Shown: positions 49,835 to 56,228 of the stretch, piece by piece
Numbering within the stretch: position 1 is the first letter of the stretch
Layout: the number at the start of each line of letters is the position of its first letter
Source of the DNA: an uncultured Gammaproteobacteria bacterium
GTDB taxonomy: Bacteria > Pseudomonadota > Gammaproteobacteria > GCA-002705445 > GCA-002716945
Length of the DNA: 56,228 nucleotides
Assembly (NCBI GenBank): GCA_913048065.1
Contig: CAJWVG010000002.1
Location: forward strand, 1-56,228
Direction of reading: 5' to 3'
Program-made: the position numbers and the translations under genes
Notes under the pieces: generated by a model
Told to the model about the DNA's origin: nothing
Seen by the model: the letters and a program-made list of their open reading frames with translations, nothing else
Database searches by the model: none

Positions 49835-52084
49835 ATGGCTCAAGTTAGAAAAAATAGAAAACTAACAACCAGTAGGTTTTCACTAATAAGAAAAGAAGTA
49901 TTGGGCTTCTTCTATGTACTACTGACACTTCTGTTTTTACTATCAATCTATTCCCATGATCCCAATGATCCAAATTTCCTCAACTCAGGATTAGCATCAT
50001 CAGTAAATAATTATATAGGTGTTTTTGGAGCTTATACATCTTTCGTTTTCTTTATGTTATTTGGCCATGTCTCTTTGGCCTTACCCGTCTTATTTATCTT
50101 TATAATCATTAAAGGTTATACGAATGATATAAAACATAATAGCCCGTCAGATAAAATTATGAATATAGGCCTTATAGGGCTAATGATTCTATCAAGTTGT
50201 GTAATCATGAGCTTTATAGGCATTAACTTAGTTAGCGATCTTCAGTCAAATGTCTATGGAGGAGAAATAGGCTTATTGCTCTTTAATAAACTTCACTCAT
50301 TTATTGGCATATCAGGAGCTATTATTGTATCTTCACTTATTTTTCTCTACTCGCTGCTAACTTACTTAAATATTTCTATAAACTCACTTGCCTCTACAAT
50401 TGTCTTATTTAGTAAATATCTATATTTGAAAAGTAAATTCATAATAAATACAAATTACGAAAAATTTCTTCTTTATAAAGAGAAACAGAAAGATATTATG
50501 AAGGTAAATAACCTTGACAACCCCTCTGAGGTTAAAACAGAAATTGAGATTCAAAAAAAAGTAACTCATGTAAGTAAAAGAGCTTTCAAGGAAAAACAAA
50601 CAGAGCTTTTTGACACTCAAAATAAAATGGAATTACCCTTACTTGAATTATTAGTGCAACATGATAGTGATGCTGTTGCTCATGATAATGAGTCTTTACA
50701 GTTGATGTCTAGATTGTTAGAGACCAATCTCAGAGATTTTGGGATTGAAGTAGAAGTTGTTAATGTTAAGCCTGGCCCTGTCGTTACTCTTTTCGAGGTC
50801 AATCCAGCAAAGGGAATAAAAGTTAATCAGATTAATAATTTATCAAAAGATTTAGCGAGAACTATGTCTGTTACTAGTCTCAGAGTTGTTGATAACATTC
50901 CTGGAACATCGTCTATTGGAATTGAAGTTCCAAATGAGAGCAGGGAGATGGTTTCACTGAAAGAAATTATAATTTCTAATGCATATGAAAAATCAAAATC
51001 TCCATTAACAATTGCCTTAGGTAAAGATATACAAGGAAACCCTGTATGTACTGATTTGCAAAAACTCCCACATTTACTTGTTGCGGGTACAACAGGATCA
51101 GGCAAATCAGTGACATTGCATACGATGCTGGTAAGTTTATTGTATAAATCTGATCCAACAGATTTAAAAATGTTATTAGTTGATCCTAAAATGTTAGAAC
51201 TCAGTGTTTATGATGGTATTCCGCATTTATTAAATCCTGTTATTACCGATATGAATGATGCTTCTAATGGTTTGCGCTGGTGTGTTCAGCAAATGGAAAA
51301 AAGATATCGTATTATGAGTGAATTGAGCGTCAGAGATATTAAAGCTTATAATAAATTAATATCAGATCATGAGCAAACTGGTGAGAAATTAGAAATTAAT
51401 AGCCATAAAGGAGAGGATACTCTGTATCATACAAAACTCCCTTATATTGTTGTTGTTATAGATGAGTTTGCAGACATGATGCTTGTTGTTGGAAAGAAAG
51501 TAGAAGATTTGATTATCAGATTAGCAGCAAAAGCTAGAGCGGCAGGAATACACTTGATTCTAGCCACACAAAGACCTTCCGTTAATGTTATAACTGGTAT
51601 TATTAAGGCGAATATACCTGCAAGAGCAGCTTTGCAAGTTACAACTAATGTTGATTCAAGAACAATCATTGACAGCATGGGAGCAGAAAATTTATTAGGA
51701 AACGGGGATATGCTTTTCATGAGTCCAGGTTCACGTATTCCTCGAAGAGTTCATGGAGCATATGTGAGTGATGATGAAGTAAAAGAAATCGTTAAGTTTT
51801 TGAAAAAAAATAGTGAAGCTACTTATATAGACTCGTTGTTAAATCTTGAAAATGATGATTCATCAAATGATACAGTAGATATTGATTCAAATGATGATCC
51901 ATTATATTCAGAAGCTGTTGAGATTGTTTTAGACACAAAAAAAACATCAATATCTTTCATTCAAAGAAAATTAAGAATAGGGTATAATCGTGCTGCAAAT
52001 ATAATAGAATCTATGGAAGCTAAGGGTATACTTTCTGCACAACAATCTAATGGAAATAGAGAAATTCTAAATAAAGATAACTGA
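49835..52084 (+). CDS. ftsK: DNA translocase FtsK
   Basis: N-terminal 4-5 TM helices, Walker A 'AGTTGSGKS', Walker B 'VVVIDEFAD'. C-terminal gamma domain 'ISFIQRKLRIGYNRAA'. Confidence 0.96.
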   Translation: MAQVRKNRKLTTSRFSLIRKEVLGFFYVLLTLLFLLSIYSHDPNDPNFLNSGLASSVNNYIGVFGAYTSFVFFMLFGHVSLALPVLFIFIIIKGYTNDIKHNSPSDKIMNIGLIGLMILSSCVIMSFIGINLVSDLQSNVYGGEIGLLLFNKLHSFIGISGAIIVSSLIFLYSLLTYLNISINSLASTIVLFSKYLYLKSKFIINTNYEKFLLYKEKQKDIMKVNNLDNPSEVKTEIEIQKKVTHVSKRAFKEKQTELFDTQNKMELPLLELLVQHDSDAVAHDNESLQLMSRLLETNLRDFGIEVEVVNVKPGPVVTLFEVNPAKGIKVNQINNLSKDLARTMSVTSLRVVDNIPGTSSIGIEVPNESREMVSLKEIIISNAYEKSKSPLTIALGKDIQGNPVCTDLQKLPHLLVAGTTGSGKSVTLHTMLVSLLYKSDPTDLKMLLVDPKMLELSVYDGIPHLLNPVITDMNDASNGLRWCVQQMEKRYRIMSELSVRDIKAYNKLISDHEQTGEKLEINSHKGEDTLYHTKLPYIVVVIDEFADMMLVVGKKVEDLIIRLAAKARAAGIHLILATQRPSVNVITGIIKANIPARAALQVTTNVDSRTIIDSMGAENLLGNGDMLFMSPGSRIPRRVHGAYVSDDEVKEIVKFLKKNSEATYIDSLLNLENDDSSNDTVDIDSNDDPLYSEAVEIVLDTKKTSISFIQRKLRIGYNRAANIIESMEAKGILSAQQSNGNREILNKDN

Positions 52085-52108
52085 TACCTATTTATATATA
52101 ATTTTTAA

Positions 52109-53365
52109 ATGCTTGATATAAATCTAATAATCAATGAAGCTGAGGATGTTCAAAAGAAACTTAAGAGCAGAGGTTTTCTTTTTGACTATGATGTAATAAT
52201 TAAACTGTATGAAGAAAGAAAAAAACTTATAGCGGTTAAAGAGTCAATTGCTGAAAATAAAAACAAATTAAGTGATAAGTTTAAAGAAGCAGAAACCGAT
52301 AAAGATAAACTAACTATCAAAGCTGAATCTCAAGAATTAGAGTCTTCTATATCTAAAAACAAAAAGCTACTAGAAAAAACAGAAAAAAAATTAAAAGATA
52401 TCCTTTTGCAAATTCCTAATATTCCATCTTCTGATTCACCTATTGGTGAGGATGAAACAGCTAATGCTATCATAAAAACATGGGGGAGCCCTGTTAAATC
52501 AAATATAGAACACTCTTCATTACTTTCAAATAACGGTTTATTAGATTTTGAGTTAGGTGCTTCAATCTCTAAAACTAGATTTGTTGTTATGAAAAATGAA
52601 ATAGCAAAATTACATCGTGCTTTATCTACCTTCATGATTAACACTCATACTGAAAAAAATGGATATATTGAATATAATGTACCATTGATAGTAAGTCGTG
52701 AGTCTTTGATAGGAACTGGACAGCTACCTAAATTTGAAGATGACTTATTCAAAATTGAAAATAATGACTTGTTTCTAATTCCAACTGCTGAAGTACCTTT
52801 AACTAATATATATAGCGGTAAAATAATTAATGAATCGGATCTTCCTATTAAAATGGCAGCTCAAACTCCATGCTTTAGATCAGAAGCTGGCTCATATGGT
52901 AAAGACACCAAAGGTATTATAAGACAACATCAATTTGAAAAGATCGAATTGGTTCATATCATAAATCCTGAAGATGCGGATAATGCTCTGGAAGAAATTA
53001 CGTTGAATGCTGAAAATATCGTAGAGAGCTTAGAAATACCTTATCAAAGGGTAGCTCTATCAACGGGTGATTTAGGGTTTTCTTCTTCGAAAACATATGA
53101 TATCGAGGCATGGTTTCCAAGTCAAAATTGTTACAGAGAAATATCGTCTTGTAGTTGTTTTAATGATTTTCAATCTAGAAGATTAAATATAAAGTTTAAG
53201 AATCAAGCCACTAAAAAGAAAAACTATGTATATACTCTTAATGGCTCAGGTTTAGCTATTGGCAGGACTATGGCAGCACTTATTGAGAATCATACAAGGG
53301 ATAACATTATTCATATACCATCAGTTCTTCATAGTTTGACTGGCTTTAAAACTATAAAATTATGA
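52109..53365 (+). CDS. serS: serine--tRNA ligase
   Basis: N-terminal coiled coil. Class II motifs 'PCFRSEAGS' and 'GSGLAIGRT'. Confidence 0.96.
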   Translation: MLDINLIINEAEDVQKKLKSRGFLFDYDVIIKLYEERKKLIAVKESIAENKNKLSDKFKEAETDKDKLTIKAESQELESSISKNKKLLEKTEKKLKDILLQIPNIPSSDSPIGEDETANAIIKTWGSPVKSNIEHSSLLSNNGLLDFELGASISKTRFVVMKNEIAKLHRALSTFMINTHTEKNGYIEYNVPLIVSRESLIGTGQLPKFEDDLFKIENNDLFLIPTAEVPLTNIYSGKIINESDLPIKMAAQTPCFRSEAGSYGKDTKGIIRQHQFEKIELVHIINPEDADNALEEITLNAENIVESLEIPYQRVALSTGDLGFSSSKTYDIEAWFPSQNCYREISSCSCFNDFQSRRLNIKFKNQATKKKNYVYTLNGSGLAIGRTMAALIENHTRDNIIHIPSVLHSLTGFKTIKL

Positions 53366-53402
53366 ACTTAACAAGTTTTATTCTATAATGACTCATTAAT
53401 TC

Positions 53403-53489
53403 GGAAGCGTGCCAGAGTGGTTGAATGGGCCGGTCTTGAAAACCGTTAGGGTGTCAAAGCTCTCGTGGGTTCGAATCCCACCGCTTCCT
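53403..53489 (+). tRNA. tRNA-Ser (anticodon UGA), class II with long variable arm
   Basis: Acceptor GGAAGCG/CGCTTCC, anticodon loop CTTGAAA, T arm GTGGG-TTCGAAT-CCCAC. Closely resembles E. coli tRNA-Ser(UGA). No encoded CCA. Confidence 0.9.
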
Positions 53490-53497
53490 TAAAAATT

Positions 53498-54712
53498 GTG
53501 AAAAATAAAAAATATTATAGTTGGGTATTATATGATTGGGCTAATTCAGCTTATGCAACTATAGTTCTTGCTGGTTTTTTCCCGATTATCTATGCTGAAT
53601 ATTTTGCAGCTTCAGTAGATTCATCAGAAAGAACACTCTATCTTGGAATATCCAATTCTGTTGCAAGCCTATTATTAATTATCTCAGCACCTTTCTTTGG
53701 ATTATTAGCAGATAGATTTAATAAAAAGAAATTATTTTTATCTATCTTCGCTATAATCAGTATCGCGTCAACATTTTTTTTATCTTTTGTATCTTCAAAT
53801 AGTTATATATTGGCTTCAATATTTTTTTCAATATCATTGCTTGGTTTTATGATGTCAAACGTTTTTTATGATGCGATGTTACTTGATTTCGAAAGTGATA
53901 AATTTAATAAAATATCATCATATGGTTATGCTTTTGGTTATCTTGGTGGTGGTATCGCTTTCATTCTAGCTCTTATATTTCTTTATTATGCTGGGCAATC
54001 TAATATAGAACTAATAGCATCTAAGAAAATTGTATTTATCTTTACATCAATATGGTGGGCTTTTTTTATGATTCCATTAATTCTCTACTGGGAAGATAAT
54101 ACAAGACCTAATAGTGAAACACTATCCATCTCAGAGTCATTTAAAGAACTATTCAGTAATAAAAAGATATTTTATTTTCTACTTGCATATTGGGTTTATA
54201 TTGATGGTGTTGATACAATCATCAGAATGGCTGTCAACTATGGATTGACGCTCGGTTTTTCAAGTTCAGATTTATTATTAGCTCTACTAGTTACTCAGTT
54301 TGTAAGTTTTCCGGGAACATTATTGATTTTGAAGATATCTAATCTCTTTACTATAGAGAAAGCTATTATTTTTTGTCTTTCAGTTTATTTGGGGATAACT
54401 TATTTTGCTTATAACCTGCATACAACAGAACAGTTTTATACTATTGCTGTACTCATAGGATTTGCGCAGGGAGGAATACAAGCTCTGAGTAGATCTTACT
54501 TTGCTGTTTTAGTTCCAAATAATAGATCTTCAGAATATTTTGGAATATATAATATGTTAGGTAAATTTGCTGCATTATTAGGTCCTATAGTTGTTGGATT
54601 GGTAACTTTTTATACTTATGACAGCCGAATTGGTATAGCAAGTATAGCCATATTTTTTATAGTAGGCATGTTTCTTTTTAATATCTCTCACAGAATAAAT
54701 ACTAAAAATTGA
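53498..54712 (+). CDS. MFS transporter, UMF1/Atg22-like family
   Basis: 'YSWVLYDWANSAY' N-terminal signature. About 12 TM helices. GTG 53498 chosen because the ORF-track start at 53465 lies inside tRNA-Ser. Confidence 0.8.
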   Translation: MKNKKYYSWVLYDWANSAYATIVLAGFFPIIYAEYFAASVDSSERTLYLGISNSVASLLLIISAPFFGLLADRFNKKKLFLSIFAIISIASTFFLSFVSSNSYILASIFFSISLLGFMMSNVFYDAMLLDFESDKFNKISSYGYAFGYLGGGIAFILALIFLYYAGQSNIELIASKKIVFIFTSIWWAFFMIPLILYWEDNTRPNSETLSISESFKELFSNKKIFYFLLAYWVYIDGVDTIIRMAVNYGLTLGFSSSDLLLALLVTQFVSFPGTLLILKISNLFTIEKAIIFCLSVYLGITYFAYNLHTTEQFYTIAVLIGFAQGGIQALSRSYFAVLVPNNRSSEYFGIYNMLGKFAALLGPIVVGLVTFYTYDSRIGIASIAIFFIVGMFLFNISHRINTKN

Positions 54713-54776
54713 TAAGGCCTACAAAACAAGTTCATTTATTTAGCAGAACATAATATGATATCTGCATGAAGTTTTT

Positions 54777-55109
54777 ATGGAGAGATTTGGCCAAGGAGAT
54801 TCAACTGGTGTGGCGGAGCTTTATACTGAGGACGGACAGTTTCTTCCTCCAAATAGCGATGAAGTGATCGGCAAAAATGCTATTCAAGGCGCCTTTCAGG
54901 GCTTAATGGATTCCGGAATCAAAGCAATTAAGTTAGAGACTTTAGAAGTGGAAAATCATGGTGACACGGCTTCTGAAGTGGGTAGGTTTACCCTACTAGA
55001 CCAGGGAAACCAAATCCTGGACCGTGGGAAATTTATCGTTATATGGAAGCTAGTAGCAGGAAAATGGAAACTTCATCGCGACATAATTAATTCAAGCCTA
55101 GCAGCTTAA
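54777..55109 (+). CDS. DUF4440/SnoaL-like (NTF2 fold) protein, probably 5'-truncated
   Basis: 'ELYTEDGQFLPPN..VIGKNAI', '..FIVIWKLVAGKWKL'. The first helix of the fold is mostly missing. An in-frame stop lies 21 nt upstream of the ATG. The region is visibly more G+C-rich than the rest of the window. Confidence 0.65.
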   Translation: MERFGQGDSTGVAELYTEDGQFLPPNSDEVIGKNAIQGAFQGLMDSGIKAIKLETLEVENHGDTASEVGRFTLLDQGNQILDRGKFIVIWKLVAGKWKLHRDIINSSLAA

Positions 55110-55229
55110 GATATTCTGTTGCTTGGATTCAGAAAGTTAACTGAGGCGCTGACGAGATTTAAATGAAGAAGCTAACAAGTGTTTGTGGTTAGTATTACTC
55201 TGCTTCCTCTTAAAAACTTGCCATAGCAG

Positions 55230-56228
55230 TTACTGCGGATAAAGACTATCAGTTATTGATACTAAGTCTGCAATTGCCAGGTTCCACCTTGGCGCAGAAT
55301 AACTGGAGTCATATTCAAATTCTGTGTCATAAGTTGAAAGACCAAGTAATCCTGTTGTTCTTAGATGTAATTGAGAGAGAGTCAAGTTTAATGACGTATT
55401 CCGCAAATTATTTTCACAATCAAAATCATAAGATTGATCATCATTCACTAATTCATCTACTAAGCCATAACTCTCAAACTCCCAACTATAAAGTCCGCTA
55501 GCATTTAGGCCATTATATCGGAGGTTCAGCCAGAAATTAGTTTTTATTCCCTCCTCCTCGTAACTTAGATGAGGAATATATATGTCGAAATTAGTATCAG
55601 TAATATATGGCTGACAATCGACGATAGGTTGACCACTGCTATTAATACCTTTTGGATAAAGAGAAGTAACTGCAAGCAAATCATCCAGTTTTGGTTTGGT
55701 TTGGTAGACATAAGAGTTATAAGGAGAATACATAATCGATGACGATTGATTAGAGTGGTCTAAACCTAAAATATGACCTAGCTCGTGGGTCATCAATCCT
55801 TCAAATTGCCTAATTGAACTATAGCTAGCAGCTAGATTTAATGAAATCTCAGCATCAGACACGTATCCTCGTTGCCACCACATATAAGCATAACCCGCAT
55901 AGTTCCTCCCAAACTGAGCTAAAAATTGGTCAGGCTGCAACCAGCCAATAACAAATTTATTATAGTAAACTGCTTGAAAATCCCAATTAAAACCAAACTT
56001 TTGAGCAACTTTAACCCAACTATCTCCTCTCTTTTCCAATGCAATGGTAACAATATCTAATTTGGAATCGTTGACAAAATAGGATGAGCGAAATTTATTT
56101 TTTAAGTCAACTAATTTGGGCATTTCACTTAGGCAGGTATTACACCAAGAACCCCAAAAATCTAAAATGATGTAATTTCCTTTGGAATCAGAAAGATTGC
56201 AATCCGTATCGTCAATAAGTTTTACAGA
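55230..56228 (-). CDS. TlpA-like thioredoxin-fold domain fused to a matrixin-type (M10) zinc metalloprotease; 5' end outside the window
   Basis: The frame stays open from Met 56123 to the window edge and reads 'SVKLIDDTDCNLSDSKGNYIILDFWGSWCNTCLSEMPKLVDL' (redoxin CxxC at 56133-56144). 'HELGHILGLDHS' lies at 55755-55787, followed by the Met-turn 'SIMY'. The C-terminal ~170 aa are unassigned. Confidence 0.7.
   Translation of the reverse strand, partial: SVKLIDDTDCNLSDSKGNYIILDFWGSWCNTCLSEMPKLVDLKNKFRSSYFVNDSKLDIVTIALEKRGDSWVKVAQKFGFNWDFQAVYYNKFVIGWLQPDQFLAQFGRNYAGYAYMWWQRGYVSDAEISLNLAASYSSIRQFEGLMTHELGHILGLDHSNQSSSIMYSPYNSYVYQTKPKLDDLLAVTSLYPKGINSSGQPIVDCQPYITDTNFDIYIPHLSYEEEGIKTNFWLNLRYNGLNASGLYSWEFESYGLVDELVNDDQSYDFDCENNLRNTSLNLTLSQLHLRTTGLLGLSTYDTEFEYDSSYSAPRWNLAIADLVSITDSLYPQ

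Noticed and set aside
56121-56123. Met 56123 as the start of the last gene (297-aa ORF in the track)
   Set aside because: The frame is open upstream to the window edge. The Met falls in the middle of a contiguous TlpA-type 'WCNTCLSEMP' motif, so the gene is 5'-partial rather than starting here.

Overview
AT-rich (about 30% G+C by hand counts), very tightly packed chromosomal segment. Many gene junctions are ATGA or TAATG overlaps. The gene content and order point to a streamlined gammaproteobacterium, with core synteny close to Pseudomonas and E. coli: murB-ddl-ftsQ-ftsA / lpxC-secA-argJ-mutT-like / coaE-zapD / bamD-rluD-pgeF / aspS-yebC-ruvC / queEC-tRNA-Lys / ilvIHC-pssA-leuA / trpS-scpAB-rluB / surE-pcm / hom-thrC / trxB-ftsK-serS. 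It also carries a thiosulfate-oxidation module (YeeE-type transporter, soxXYZA, TusA-like protein, two monohaem c-type cytochromes). This suggests a marine sulfur-oxidizing lineage of the SUP05/Thioglobus type, but that is inference only. I support 66 CDS (two partial at the window edges, one a low-confidence mini-ORF) and 2 tRNAs. I saw no rRNA, CRISPR array, transposase, integrase, or obvious defence or toxin cassette. I did not find a clear novel multi-gene system. What deserves a second look: (1) three conserved syntenic blocks each have a clean hole where division or envelope genes normally sit: ftsZ; ruvAB plus tol-pal; lolA plus rarA. (2) An RND pump whose periplasmic adaptor lacks the alpha-hairpin, with no outer-membrane factor gene nearby. 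(3) An uncharacterised lipoprotein gene 13 nt downstream of soxA, apparently co-transcribed with it. (4) A sharp compositional break at about 54.76 kb, followed by a 5'-truncated DUF4440 gene and a partial ORF that fuses a TlpA-like CxxC domain to a matrixin-type zinc protease. (5) Several small hydrophobic ORFs, a Leu-rich mini-ORF upstream of leuA, and a few palindromes and repeats in divergent promoter regions. All family assignments come from motif recognition by eye. No database searches were run.
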